A program made the translations under genes and the position numbers. Below are positions 20,978 through 31,783 of a stretch of DNA of 64,000 nucleotides, in pieces; position 1 is the first letter of the stretch, and each line of letters opens with the position of its first letter. Source of the DNA: Candidatus Kapaibacterium sp. GTDB taxonomy: Bacteria; Bacteroidota; Ignavibacteria; Kapaibacteriales; UBA2268. Under the pieces are notes generated by a model that saw nothing but the letters and a program-made list of their open reading frames with translations, searched no databases and was not told the DNA's origin. The stretch lies in NCBI GenBank assembly GCA_963664875.1, contig OY761611.1:2304001-2368000 (forward strand), read 5' to 3'.

Positions 20978-21275
20978 GGCTATCCTCCATGTTTATTATT
21001 CGGATATTTTGAATTTTGAGCTAAATATATAACATATTCTTCAAAAAAGAAAATTAAATTATTCTATATTGATAAAAATATTGATAATATCTAATGTGAT
21101 ACAAATTTATTATGTATTTTTATACATTTTTAGTGATGTTTTATATCTTAATTCCAATGCATAGAATTGTTTATTAGCCCTCAGATAAAAAAAGAGACGC
21201 ATCTTCATGCGCCTCCGATTATATATTCTTTTGTATTTAACTTGTAGCCAAAGTAGATATTATTCAAATAATAAT

Positions 21276-22784
21276 TTACTTCGCATCCGAGGCAATCGGA
21301 ATTGAAAATGCGAAAGTAGAGCCTTTGCCAAGTGCTGACTGCACCCATACTCTACCGTGATGGGCTTCCACAAGTTTTTTAACAATCCATAACCCCAAGC
21401 CGGAAGAATGTTCGCCTCCGGTTGGTTTTGCAGATAACTTCACACCTCTTTGGAAAGCTCTCCTGATATCAGCTTCAGAAAGACCTAAACCATTATCATT
21501 AACTTCTACTACAATATTGTTATCTTTTTTTAGAGTATTGATGCGTACAGTGCCACCATTCTGGGTAAATTTTATAGCGTTTGAAACAAGATTATCTATC
21601 ACTTCATCTATTTTTTGAGGATCAATATCTACAGGTGGTAAATTGTCCTGCTTTGTACAGAAAAATGAAATAGATTTATTGTCTGCAGCAACTTTGTTTC
21701 GTGTATGCACATCTTGAGCTATTTCTTCTAAATGTACTCTATTCAAATCAAGATTTACTATTTGCGATTCCAAGGTCAATATTCTCGATACTTCCTGAGA
21801 CAGCGAAACAATTCTAACAGTAGTTTCGGCTATGTCATCTATTATTTCCTGTTGCTCTATAGCTGTAAGGTCGTAAGAGCGAAGCAATTCGACAAGGCTT
21901 TTGATAAGTGAAACAGGGTTTTTGATATCATGTATTATTACAGCAAATAGTTCATCTTTTTGTTTTTGGAGTTCTTCAATTTCGGACTTGCTGTTAGATA
22001 TTTTATTCAAATTTTCTTCGAGAATCTTGTTTTGTTCCTGTAGCTTTTCGCTACGCGACTGAAGTGCATCAATTTGAGCTCTGAGCGAAGCCATTTCGGC
22101 TTTCAGGTTACTGTTTTCGGTGAGTAACTTGTCGTACTCAGCTTTGCTGATTGAGATAGTAGATTTGCTGCTCATTCCAAACTCATCAATTTCTGAATCA
22201 ATATTTTTCTTTTTTGAGTAAATCACAGCAAATATCACACCTGAAATTATAATCCAAAACACAGAAGCTAAAATCAAAGAAAAATAATCAAAAAGCGGAG
22301 CTTCTGTTTTAGTTGGTTGCTGTGCCTTTATTTTATTAACGGCAGTAAGCAAAGAATCTTTTTGATTTTTTATTTCATTTAATTTTTCAAGTAGCAAAGC
22401 TTCATCTGTATCTACTTTGATAGACGCCACAAGAGAGTCAGTTTCCCATTTGCCAAGCAAGTCCCATGCAACTATTTTAAGGGTATATAGACCGTCTTGC
22501 AGATATCTGAATCTTATAAGCGGATTGCCTGTATTTTTTGTATATGAATTTGCACCATCAGAAAAGGTATATCTATACATAAAGTTTTCTTTTTTTGCAC
22601 CTTCAGGAAATTCAACGTTGTAAGTGAAGGTGATAGAATCTTCTTTGCCTATTAGATAAGTATCTGCATCAACTGAAGCTGTACGCTCATTGATATTTAC
22701 AGATTCGAGAGCTAATTCTCGTTTGTCTTGTGCAAATAGTATTGCCGGCAAAAAAGCTAAAAATAATATGATGGTGTTTTTCAT
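21276..22784 (-). CDS. Membrane sensor histidine kinase
   Basis: Signal peptide, Y_Y_Y-like periplasmic domain, one TM, coiled coil, H-box HDIKNP, N-box [25 protein letters not shown]. Confidence 0.92.
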   Translation of the reverse strand: MKNTIILFLAFLPAILFAQDKRELALESVNINERTASVDADTYLIGKEDSITFTYNVEFPEGAKKENFMYRYTFSDGANSYTKNTGNPLIRFRYLQDGLYTLKIVAWDLLGKWETDSLVASIKVDTDEALLLEKLNEIKNQKDSLLTAVNKIKAQQPTKTEAPLFDYFSLILASVFWIIISGVIFAVIYSKKKNIDSEIDEFGMSSKSTISISKAEYDKLLTENSNLKAEMASLRAQIDALQSRSEKLQEQNKILEENLNKISNSKSEIEELQKQKDELFAVIIHDIKNPVSLIKSLVELLRSYDLTAIEQQEIIDDIAETTVRIVSLSQEVSRILTLESQIVNLDLNRVHLEEIAQDVHTRNKVAADNKSISFFCTKQDNLPPVDIDPQKIDEVIDNLVSNAIKFTQNGGTVRINTLKKDNNIVVEVNDNGLGLSEADIRRAFQRGVKLSAKPTGGEHSSGLGLWIVKKLVEAHHGRVWVQSALGKGSTFAFSIPIASDAK

Positions 22785-22802
22785 CTTTCGCTCTGTCTTT
22801 TT

Positions 22803-23522
22803 TTATTCTACTTCGAAAGCTTTCTTTCTTTTAAGTACAGCCTGATGTCTTGGTCTGTAACTTTTTTTCTTAAGCACATCTTCTAAAATCTTTTTCACAT
22901 CGAAAAAAGTTTTATAAGGATAATGTGGGATTCTTTCTTTTGTGCAGTATGCAGCAAGTTTCTTTTTCGCAAAAACTATGTCCGCATGCTCAGCAACACA
23001 CATATCAGAATTGCCGTCCCCTATAAATACTATAATCGAATCAGTCTCAGTACTATTGAGTACAGAATTTCTTTTGCATGATGCACAGAAGCAATCGCAT
23101 GATTCGCTGGCGCCGGGGAACACAGGAACAAAAGAACTATCCTCATAATTCAAAATATTGCTTCTTACCGGTAAATACTCCAGATTCATTTTGCGGAGTA
23201 TAGGCTTGATATAAGCATCATACCCATCGCTCACTATTGTAAGCGGCAAATCTTGTTGCCTGCAAAAGTCAGCAAAAGATTTAAAATAGGGATCTACTTC
23301 GCAGTTTTCAGCATATTTTGTCAAATCTTCAGGAGTAAGATTTTTGTCAAGAGTAGAGCAAACTTTGAGCCAATATTCGGATATTTCCATATTCCCTTCT
23401 AAAAGCATACTGTGCCAGGGTTCAAATTCACCAAAATCTTTGAACAGTTGATCTCCGATATCTTTAACAGCTATCGTACCGTCAAAATCTGAGAAAACAG
23501 CGATGTTATGTTTTTTTTGCAT
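22803..23522 (-). CDS. MtnX-like HAD-IB phosphatase
   Basis: DFDGTI, IVSDG, C..CK, IGDGNSD, ADIVFAK motifs. Confidence 0.88.
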   Translation of the reverse strand: MQKKHNIAVFSDFDGTIAVKDIGDQLFKDFGEFEPWHSMLLEGNMEISEYWLKVCSTLDKNLTPEDLTKYAENCEVDPYFKSFADFCRQQDLPLTIVSDGYDAYIKPILRKMNLEYLPVRSNILNYEDSSFVPVFPGASESCDCFCASCKRNSVLNSTETDSIIVFIGDGNSDMCVAEHADIVFAKKKLAAYCTKERIPHYPYKTFFDVKKILEDVLKKKSYRPRHQAVLKRKKAFEVE

Positions 23523-23575
23523 ATATAACTTAAAACCCTTGTTATACAATCTTTGTGCTGATTTTATAGATATGT

Positions 23576-24625
23576 CTATTGTTTGTTGTAATAGCTATTT
23601 AGCCATTCTTCAAATTTTACCAATTCTGCGTTATGTTGTTTCAAATCATCAATAGAGCGTTGAGAAACAGATTGCCTGATATATCTGCAAAACGTACCTG
23701 TATATCCGGCTTTATGTAAATCAGTAAAAAACTTTGTATAAAAATTTATAGCAAAACTTTTTGAGTCAGCATTTTTTTGCATTGTATTTTCAAGCAAAGT
23801 AAAAAATGCAACCGTTTGGGCTATAAATAAGTCATCATTTAGAGATTCGTCAAAGTGGGGGGCATAATCTCCTGCTGCCATAAGAGAGAGATAAATATCA
23901 GCTTCGGCAAAGAGATTTGTAGTGTCGGGAGATATATACACTTTTGCTTTAGAAGAATCATCGCTATTATTTTTTGTAACACCAAGTGCTATTAGATTGT
24001 CTATTAGTTTAAGCGAGATTTTTGATTTAGGAGAATCCGGTTCTAAAAGCAAGAAATAGTAGAAGGACATGATTGCCTGGGATTTTCTTGCATATTTGCT
24101 CATAATTCTTCCCAAAAGGAAATGGCTATTAGCGTGTGAGTGATTAGCCCTGATAGCTTCAATCAGGAAACCGGCAGCCTTATCATCTTTTTCCTGTTTG
24201 TAGTTAATGTGGGCAAGATTATAATAAAACAGGCAGTTATCACCATATTTCGCAACTGCGTCTTTCAGGATTCTTTCAGCTTCGTCATATTTGTAGAGTG
24301 CATCTAATATGGAGCTTTTAAGCAGTATAGCTTCTTTTTCGTATTTGCCATCGGTTTCTTTGACTCGATTGATATGCTCTAATGCTTTTTCGTAAAAGCC
24401 TAGAGAAAAGTAACTTAGAGACATTTCATAGTGGATAAGCGAGCTACCCGGAGAGAGCTGCAAAGCCTCTTCATAAAGTTCGAGAGCTGATCGATAATCT
24501 CCTGTGTTATGCAGCTCAACACCTTTGGAAATAAGACTATCAACTTTAGTAGAGTCGGAATACTGAGCTGTTGCAGAATATAAGCAGGCAACAAAAATAG
24601 CCGCAATTATTATTAGATTTCTCAT
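23576..24625 (-). CDS. Secreted tetratricopeptide repeat protein
   Basis: Signal peptide followed by about five TPR-like helical repeats. Confidence 0.85.
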   Translation of the reverse strand: MRNLIIIAAIFVACLYSATAQYSDSTKVDSLISKGVELHNTGDYRSALELYEEALQLSPGSSLIHYEMSLSYFSLGFYEKALEHINRVKETDGKYEKEAILLKSSILDALYKYDEAERILKDAVAKYGDNCLFYYNLAHINYKQEKDDKAAGFLIEAIRANHSHANSHFLLGRIMSKYARKSQAIMSFYYFLLLEPDSPKSKISLKLIDNLIALGVTKNNSDDSSKAKVYISPDTTNLFAEADIYLSLMAAGDYAPHFDESLNDDLFIAQTVAFFTLLENTMQKNADSKSFAINFYTKFFTDLHKAGYTGTFCRYIRQSVSQRSIDDLKQHNAELVKFEEWLNSYYNKQ

Positions 24626-24714
24626 GTTGTTATCTATATTTGATTTTTGAATACATTACGCTTTGTAAAATAAAAAAAAGGATATCCAAATCAAATTGAA
24701 TATCCTTGTTTGAG

Positions 24715-24788
24715 GGCGAGCGACCGGATTTGAACCGGCGACCACTAGAGCCACAATCTAGTGCTCTACCTACTGAGCTACGCCCGCC
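24715..24788 (-). tRNA. tRNA-His (GTG)
   Basis: GGCGGGCGTAGCTCAGTAGGTAGAGCACTAGATTGTGGCTCTAGTGGTCGCCGGTTCAAATCCGGTCGCTCGCC folds as a cloverleaf with G-1:C73. CCA is not encoded. Confidence 0.97.
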
Positions 24789-24805
24789 GTCATCGAAATA
24801 GAGTA

Positions 24806-24813
24806 CAAAAATA
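24806..24813 (-). promoter_or_regulatory. Bacteroidota-type -7 promoter motif (TAnnTTTG) for tRNA-His
   Basis: TATTTTTG just upstream of the tRNA. The same motif precedes tRNA-Glu (29149-29156, minus) and plus-strand genes at 19336, 28034, 29571, 34764 and 50490. Confidence 0.6.
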
Positions 24814-25058
24814 AAAGAAAGAAATAAGATATGCAAGACATTTTTTGAATGGACAAAGATTTTAGGATTATCTGATAAATATTATTTTTTTTGAGTGTAA
24901 TTTTAGTTTGTAGCTTGTTAATTATCAAGTATTTTCATAAGTTAAGATATTCCCTATTAGTACAGGCATAAAAATAAATACATAAAAAGAAGAAAAGTTT
25001 GAACTCAAAGTTCTATCGAGTATATTTCTTGTTTTTTTATTTTAAGGAGTGTTTTTTT

Positions 25059-27800
25059 ATGAAACGCATAAGTATGCTTTTTTTGGCAGTCTTATTAGCT
25101 GCCGGATACGCATTTGCAGATTCTCCAAGAATGATTCTTATGGAAGAATTTACAAATGCAAGTTGCGGTCCTTGCGCAAGCCAGAATCCAACTTACCAAG
25201 CTTTTATACAAAGTAATGCTGGAAAAGTGATTCCAATTGCATTCCACCCAAATTTCCCGGGTGATGATATTTTCTATGATCACAATCCTGCTATGTCTGA
25301 CACTCGTATCAACTATTATGGTATTGATGGCGTGCCTGCTGTTAGAGTAAACGGAGCATTACCTCTTGATACGGACGGGAATGCCTACGACGGTGCACCT
25401 GCTGATACATCAGATATACGTAAAGAGATGAATAAATACCTTGCTATGTCTCCTGTTGACATGACTTTAACTGAAGTGCGTAACGGCAACAATGTAGAAC
25501 TAAACCTTACAGTAGCTTCTTCTCAAACTTTAGTTGGCAAAAAACTTCGCGTTGCCGCAGTTGAATTTGTATGTATGTACCCTGAAGGCGAAACAGCACC
25601 TAACGGCGAGGAACATTTCTTTTGGGTAGCACGCAAAATGTATGACAATGCTGCCGGTGCTACTATAATTGATGATAATTTTAAAAAAAAAATTACTGCT
25701 ACAATGGATGCAGCTTGGAACCCTAACAATATATACTTCGTTGCATGGATTCAAGATGACAACAGCAAAGAGGTATTACAAGCAGCATCAACAATGAAAC
25801 CTACTGTTGAAATTGATGTAATGCCAAATGCGACACAGATTACAGACATTTTCAATACAGTAAAAAGAAACGGAAGTGTTTCATTGGACTTCACTGTAAC
25901 TAATACCAATAGTACAGCCATTGAGTATGCTTTCACAAATAATTCTAATGTACCTTCTGACTGGAATGTAACCATTACTCCTTCTACTGCAAACATAGCA
26001 GCAGGCGGAACTCAAACTGTAACTGTAACTATAAATGCAGGTCAGCAGGCAGCTTTTGGTTTTGGTGGTTTGGCAGTTGGTATCAATTCTAATTCTTATT
26101 TAGCATACCCTCAATCTATTGGTTTTTATGCTTTAATGCAAGAAACTAAATATGTGTACTACCAATCGCACAGCAGAGATATGGTCTATACTGTTCCTGC
26201 TATGAATACTAAGTATGGTAAAGATTTTGCTTCTCTACCATTGAACCAATACACATACGACGCATATCCTCCGTCAAACTTTGACTGTGTGATTTTCTCT
26301 AAATACTCACTAACAACTGAGTTGGGTCAAGGTTCTTATCCTTTGACTGATGATGAAATTATGATAGCAGAAGAAATGATGTCTCTTGGCAAAGGTGTAC
26401 TTTTATTCTCTGACGTATCCGGTATCTATGCTACACAGTTGGCTGATCAATTGCCTAAATTGAATAATTTCTTATTCAATACTTTAGGTTTGGAATATGC
26501 CGGAACAAATGCACTATTTAATGACCAGGGACAATTATACAATGTACCTATAGAAGGTATTAGCGGCGACCCTGTATCAAGCGGCATCAGTTATGCACTT
26601 AACTCAGGTGCTTCTCAGCAGCTTTACAATTTATGGTTAGAATTTTTTACTTTGAAACCAACTAGTAAAGCTACTGAAATCTTAAAAACTACGCTACAAA
26701 GTGCGGATTACTATACCGGTTTCAGAATGGAAGATGCAAATAAGGGTAGAGTAATTTATGTAACGTCAGGCTTCGAAGGTAATTCAGACATCAACGTAAA
26801 CAAAAACTTTATCGAAAAAGCTATCACTTGGCTAACTGCTAACTCAGGTTCTGCAGGTCCAAGAGCAGAAGTTGCAGGCGTAACTAATAATGCTTTGGCT
26901 TACGGCAACGTAACTATGAATACTACTTCTTCTAAAACTATTACCATTACAAACAAAGGTAGTGAAAATCTTACTTATACTCTTTCCAAAAAAGGTATGA
27001 ACCCATCTACTTTCGTTTTAGAAGGCAAACAAGAAAATAAACAATACACAGTTACTCCTGGCGAATCACAAACTATCACGCTTGTGTTCTCACCGACTGC
27101 TGAAAAAGACTACACTGCAGAATTAGTAATTGCAACCAACGATGCAAACAATGCAAGCATCAAAGTTGCACTTACAGGCAAAGGTATTTCTGATGCAGCT
27201 CCTGCAATTTCGCTTAGCACTACTTCTTTAGTATTCCCAGCTACTGCGGAAGCTACAGAAAAAACTATTACTTTGAATAACACCGGCAATGCAGCTCTTA
27301 ATATTTCTGCTATTACAATCGCCGGTGCAGATGCTTCTGCTTTCGAAGTTATTTCTGCTCAAAATGTTGCAGTTCAAGCAGGTAATTCTTATGACATCAA
27401 CATTCGTTTTACTCCTGACGCAACTAAAACTTACAACGCAACTCTAACTATCAAATCTAATATTGATGATGTTGCTGTAGCTCTTACAGGCGAAGGTACA
27501 ACTTCAGTTATAGACGGATGGGCAGGCTCTGTAGAGTTCGTTTCAGTTAATGTAGGACCAAACCCTGTAGCAGAAACTGCAACTGTTAAATACACAGTTG
27601 GTACAAAAGCTCAGATGCTGGATATGTACATAGCTGACGCTAACGGCAATTTCGTAGCACAGCTTGTAAAAGAAAACACTCCTATGAGCGGCGATGCAAC
27701 AGCTACATTTAGCGTTGCTAACATTGCTTCAGGCAAATACTTTATAATAGCTAACACAGGTAACTTCAGAGCAGAATTGCCATTTGTTGTTGCTAAGTAA
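25059..27800 (+). CDS. Omp28-related surface protein with Ig-like (choice-of-anchor D) domains and T9SS C-terminal domain
   Basis: Signal peptide; EEFTNASCGPC thioredoxin-like Omp28 motif; repeated ITITNKG / ITLNNTGNAALNIS Ig domains; PNPV...GKYFI...VVAK sorting domain. Confidence 0.85.
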   Translation: MKRISMLFLAVLLAAGYAFADSPRMILMEEFTNASCGPCASQNPTYQAFIQSNAGKVIPIAFHPNFPGDDIFYDHNPAMSDTRINYYGIDGVPAVRVNGALPLDTDGNAYDGAPADTSDIRKEMNKYLAMSPVDMTLTEVRNGNNVELNLTVASSQTLVGKKLRVAAVEFVCMYPEGETAPNGEEHFFWVARKMYDNAAGATIIDDNFKKKITATMDAAWNPNNIYFVAWIQDDNSKEVLQAASTMKPTVEIDVMPNATQITDIFNTVKRNGSVSLDFTVTNTNSTAIEYAFTNNSNVPSDWNVTITPSTANIAAGGTQTVTVTINAGQQAAFGFGGLAVGINSNSYLAYPQSIGFYALMQETKYVYYQSHSRDMVYTVPAMNTKYGKDFASLPLNQYTYDAYPPSNFDCVIFSKYSLTTELGQGSYPLTDDEIMIAEEMMSLGKGVLLFSDVSGIYATQLADQLPKLNNFLFNTLGLEYAGTNALFNDQGQLYNVPIEGISGDPVSSGISYALNSGASQQLYNLWLEFFTLKPTSKATEILKTTLQSADYYTGFRMEDANKGRVIYVTSGFEGNSDINVNKNFIEKAITWLTANSGSAGPRAEVAGVTNNALAYGNVTMNTTSSKTITITNKGSENLTYTLSKKGMNPSTFVLEGKQENKQYTVTPGESQTITLVFSPTAEKDYTAELVIATNDANNASIKVALTGKGISDAAPAISLSTTSLVFPATAEATEKTITLNNTGNAALNISAITIAGADASAFEVISAQNVAVQAGNSYDINIRFTPDATKTYNATLTIKSNIDDVAVALTGEGTTSVIDGWAGSVEFVSVNVGPNPVAETATVKYTVGTKAQMLDMYIADANGNFVAQLVKENTPMSGDATATFSVANIASGKYFIIANTGNFRAELPFVVAK

Positions 27801-27832
27801 ATTTCTAAAATCTAAATCTGAGATTTAGAAAG

Positions 27833-27870
27833 AATGCCTTGCGTTTTATAGTAACGCAAGGCATTTTTTT
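27833..27870 (+). terminator. Rho-independent terminator
   Basis: AATGCCTTGCGTT...AACGCAAGGCATT followed by a T-run. Confidence 0.85.
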
Positions 27871-28075
27871 ATGCCTGATATTTTTTTGATTGATTTGGTA
27901 GATTTTACCATTAGCTTTTTGAGATGTAGCAATACATTGAATTTGATTCTAATAAAAATTGTAGCTGTCAATTCCTGCAATATCAGTCCTATTGGGTTTT
28001 ACTATAATACAATCACAAGTTGGTTTTATTCCTTATATTTGCATGTTGAAAATATAAACAATCAAGAATATAGCT

Positions 28076-28918
28076 ATGAGTATCTTAGAGGCAATAATAT
28101 TAGGTCTGATTCAGGGACTTAGCGAATTTATTCCTATTAGCAGCACTGCACATTTGACTATCGCCGGGAAGCTAATGGGACTTGTTGATCCACAGCACCC
28201 CGAGCAGTGGACATCTTTCATTGCTACAATTCAGTTAGGTACATTACTGGCTGTATTTTTATATTTTGCAAAAGATATCAAATCCATTCCAATTGCGTTT
28301 ATAAAAGACAATATCGTAAATCGAAAAAGCTATTCGCAGCAATCAGACGATTCGAAAATGGGCTGGAACATAATAATCGGATCTCTTCCGATAGGTATAT
28401 TTGGAATAATGCTCAAAAAAATTGTAGAAGGCAACTTAACGAAAGACCCTTATGTAATTGCTTCGAGTCTAATCCTTCTGGGTGTTATACTTTTTATAGC
28501 AGAACGATATGCTTCTTTAAAGAAAGAAATGAGCAATATAACTGTCAAAGATGCAATTTTGGTTGGATTAAGTCAGTGTCTCGCTTTGATTCCCGGATCT
28601 TCAAGGTCTGGTACAACTATCACAGCAGGCTTGTTTTTGGGAATGACCCGAGAAGCGGCGGCAAGATTTTCCTTTTTACTTTCAATCCCTGCTATTGCAG
28701 CTAGCGGACTGCTCTCCTTTTATCAGGAAGTACAGTTCCTCCAATCAGACCAACTTATAACTCTGCTCACAGCAACAATAGTTTCTGCAGTTTCAGGATA
28801 CGCAGCTATTGCTTTTCTGATAAACTATCTTAAAAAGAAATCAACCTTGCTTTTTATCATTTACAGAATAGCGTTGGGGATTGCACTAATCATTATGGCA
28901 TTAGCTAAGATAATCTAA
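28076..28918 (+). CDS. uppP: Undecaprenyl-diphosphate phosphatase
   Basis: GLIQGLSEFIPISSTAHL, QLGT, ALIPGSSRSGTT, REAAARFSFLLSIP. Confidence 0.96.
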   Translation: MSILEAIILGLIQGLSEFIPISSTAHLTIAGKLMGLVDPQHPEQWTSFIATIQLGTLLAVFLYFAKDIKSIPIAFIKDNIVNRKSYSQQSDDSKMGWNIIIGSLPIGIFGIMLKKIVEGNLTKDPYVIASSLILLGVILFIAERYASLKKEMSNITVKDAILVGLSQCLALIPGSSRSGTTITAGLFLGMTREAAARFSFLLSIPAIAASGLLSFYQEVQFLQSDQLITLLTATIVSAVSGYAAIAFLINYLKKKSTLLFIIYRIALGIALIIMALAKII

Positions 28919-28935
28919 GCTAAAAGAACATTTAC

Positions 28936-28980
28936 AAAAAAAACCGCAGTACTATAGGGATAAGTTACTGCGGTTTTTTT
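28936..28980 (+). terminator. Rho-independent terminator
   Basis: AAAAAAACCGCAGTA...TACTGCGGTTTTTTT. Confidence 0.8.
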
Positions 28981-29045
28981 GTATTGCATTTGTTTTAATG
29001 TATTTGAAACAAAAAAAGCTAACTCTTTGTGGAATTAGCTTTTTG

Positions 29046-29117
29046 TGATCCTAAGGGGATTCGAACCCCTACTGCCAGCGTGAAAGGCTGGTGACCTAAC
29101 CGTTAGTCGATAGGACC
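29046..29117 (-). tRNA. tRNA-Glu (TTC)
   Basis: GGTCCTATCGACTAACGGTTAGGTCACCAGCCTTTCACGCTGGCAGTAGGGGTTCGAATCCCCTTAGGATCA. CCA is not encoded; a terminator hairpin follows at 29010-29044. Confidence 0.97.
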
Positions 29118-29619
29118 ATTTTCTGTTGTGTGTCTCTTTTAGAGAGTTCAAAAATAAGAAGTTTATTTTAAACTTCCAAATCTTTTTTTGATTTTTTTAT
29201 TTTTTTTAGAACTCTTTTTTTGCCCAAATGGCATTGCCATCAAGAACGATACAAATATAAGAGATTATTTGTGAATATACCAATAATAAGGACTGAATAG
29301 TTGGTAAGCACGTTCATATAGCCTTAACTACTCCTTGACAATACTCTCTATTCCGTTATAATTCCGTTATAATTCAGATATTTATAGGATACGATAAAAA
29401 TTCTTTACATCAAGTTTTATATCTGATTTTGTTAAGATTATAAGGTTTCGAGGTAAAAAATTACCTTCGCTTTTTGCTTGATTCACTTAATGGAAGTATA
29501 ATTGAACTAAAAGAGCTTTATGTCAGAAACTATTTTTCCTATAAATTCTGCTTATGTGGTCGCTTTTTTGTATTTTTGATAGAATGAATTACTATGCACA
29601 AGATTATATAGATTATAAT

Positions 29620-31761
29620 ATGTTACAAGTTATACAGCATCAAAAATCGGGCGATATTTTAGTTGAAGACTTGCCCGCTCCTCAATGCCCTGAAAACGGG
29701 ATTTTGGTTCAAAACTACTTCTCACTTATTAGCGCAGGCACAGAAAAATTCTCTGTCGAAAAGGCGAAATCTTCTCTTATTGAAAGAGCAAGGAAACAGC
29801 CTGAAGATGTGAAAATGGTGATTGACTTCGTTAAAAAGGAAGGCATTGCCAAAACTGCTAAGCGTGTGCTGAATGCACTTGATTCTTATAAACTGCTCGG
29901 CTATAGTAGTGCCGGAGTTGTATTAGAATCTACCTGCGATGAATTCAAGCCGGGCGATAGAGTTGCCTGTGGGGGTGCAGGTTATGCAAACCATGCTGAA
30001 GTAGTAGCTGTTCCGAAAAATCTTGCAGTCCATCTGCCTGATAATGTCAGCTTTGAGGAAGCATCGTTTACTACTCTTGGTGCTATAGCTATGCAGGGCT
30101 TCAGACAAGCTGACCCAAGACTTGGCGAAACAGTCGCCGTAGTTGGGCTTGGTTTGCTCGGGCAAATTACTGTTCAGCTTCTTAAAGCGGCAGGTTGCAG
30201 AGTTGTAGGCTTGGACATAAACGAGGATTTATTTGAAGCTGCTAAAAAATACGGATGCGAAGCTACTTTCCTCAGCACCAAAGCAAACGCTGCAAATGTA
30301 AAAGCTTTTGCGAGAGGGCTTGGCTGTGACTCAGTTATTCTTACTGCCAGCACTTCATCCAATGAGCCAATGGAACTTGCATTAGATATATGCCGCAAAC
30401 GTGGCACTATTGTAGTTGTTGGTGCTGTTGGTATGGATATTCCTCGAGGTCCTTTCTATCTAAAAGAAATAGATTTGAAGATTGCTTGCAGCTACGGCCC
30501 GGGAAGATATGACACCGATTACGAAGTAAAAGGCAACGACTACCCTGCTGCGTATGTTCGTTGGACTGAAAACAGAAATATGGTTTCTTTTGTTGACCTC
30601 ATCAGCTCAAAAAGTATAGATGTGAAATCTATGATTACTCATACTTTCAAAGTTGCAGACTCAGCAAAAGCTTATGATATAATTATGGGTAAAACGCCTG
30701 AAAAGTTTACAGGCATAGTTATAGAATACCCGGAAAGAAAAAATATACTATCAAGGACTGTTGCAAATACTAAATCCAACAGCCCGACAGATTCAATAAA
30801 AGTTGCAATGCTTGGCGCAGGCTCGTTTGCAACGAATAATCTTATACCAGCTTTAAAAACTGCAAAAGTAGAAATGGCTGCTGTTACAACTGCGACTTCG
30901 GTAAATGCTTCAACAGCTGCTAAATTGCACGGATTTAAAGTCGCTTCTACTGACTCTTTGGAAATAATCAAATCCAAAGATAATAATGTAATTTTCTGTG
31001 CAAGCAGACATGACAGCCATGCAGAGTATGTATTGGAATCAATCAAAGCAGGCAAACCGATATTTATCGAAAAGCCATTATGCGTTACTAAAGAAGAGCT
31101 TGAAAGCATAAAAGATGCAAACAATAAGCTTAGTGGGCGGGTAATGGTTGGCTTCAACAGAAGATTTTCTAAGCCATTTAGAGATATTTCCAATTTCTTT
31201 GAAGGAAGAAAGGAACCTCTTTCAATGATTTACAGAGTTAATGCCGGGAATATTCCTAAAACGCATTGGGTGCATGATTCTGCAAACAGAGGAAGAATTA
31301 TCGGTGAAGTATGTCACTTTATAGATACTATGATGTATCTTTGCGGCGAACGTCCGCAGCGTGTATATGCAGAATGTATCTCTGTCAAAAGTGAAGATGT
31401 AACAAATGCAGATAATGTTTCTATAAATATAAAATTCTCGAGTGGTTCTATCGGTACAGTACACTATTTCTCAAACGGGGATAAATCTGTACCAAAAGAG
31501 TACTGTGAAGTTTACTCTCAAAGACAAACTGCCTTTATGGATAATTTCACAAGTGTTGAGTTATTCCAATCGGGCAGACAGAAAACTAAGAAATACGATG
31601 GTAGCAAAGGCATAGACATAGAAGTTAAGGAAACAATTGAATCAATCAGAAATGGAAACAATATGCCTATCAGCTTTGAGGAATTGTATGATGTAACAGC
31701 TGCAACTTTTGCCGTGTTAGACTCTTTAGCTCAGGCAAGTCCTATTGATTTAAGCAAATAA
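29620..31761 (+). CDS. Bi-domain oxidoreductase (MDR/Zn-ADH-like + Gfo/Idh/MocA)
   Basis: SLISAGTE, GYSSAG, GLGLLGQ, SYGPGRYD, YVRWTENRN; second domain GAGSFA, IFIEKP, VGFNRRF, GEVCHFID. Confidence 0.9.
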   Translation: MLQVIQHQKSGDILVEDLPAPQCPENGILVQNYFSLISAGTEKFSVEKAKSSLIERARKQPEDVKMVIDFVKKEGIAKTAKRVLNALDSYKLLGYSSAGVVLESTCDEFKPGDRVACGGAGYANHAEVVAVPKNLAVHLPDNVSFEEASFTTLGAIAMQGFRQADPRLGETVAVVGLGLLGQITVQLLKAAGCRVVGLDINEDLFEAAKKYGCEATFLSTKANAANVKAFARGLGCDSVILTASTSSNEPMELALDICRKRGTIVVVGAVGMDIPRGPFYLKEIDLKIACSYGPGRYDTDYEVKGNDYPAAYVRWTENRNMVSFVDLISSKSIDVKSMITHTFKVADSAKAYDIIMGKTPEKFTGIVIEYPERKNILSRTVANTKSNSPTDSIKVAMLGAGSFATNNLIPALKTAKVEMAAVTTATSVNASTAAKLHGFKVASTDSLEIIKSKDNNVIFCASRHDSHAEYVLESIKAGKPIFIEKPLCVTKEELESIKDANNKLSGRVMVGFNRRFSKPFRDISNFFEGRKEPLSMIYRVNAGNIPKTHWVHDSANRGRIIGEVCHFIDTMMYLCGERPQRVYAECISVKSEDVTNADNVSINIKFSSGSIGTVHYFSNGDKSVPKEYCEVYSQRQTAFMDNFTSVELFQSGRQKTKKYDGSKGIDIEVKETIESIRNGNNMPISFEELYDVTAATFAVLDSLAQASPIDLSK

Positions 31762-31783
31762 TACAACAGAAGGGATAATATAA

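Noticed and set aside
24630-24836. 68-aa ORF
   Set aside because: It overlaps tRNA-His and is spurious.
24715-29117. Genomic island integrated at tRNA-His or tRNA-Glu
   Set aside because: No duplicated tRNA 3' end and no integrase were seen.
29350-29375. Short tandem repeat TTCCGTTATAA x2
   Set aside because: Only two copies in AT-rich DNA, with no supportable function.
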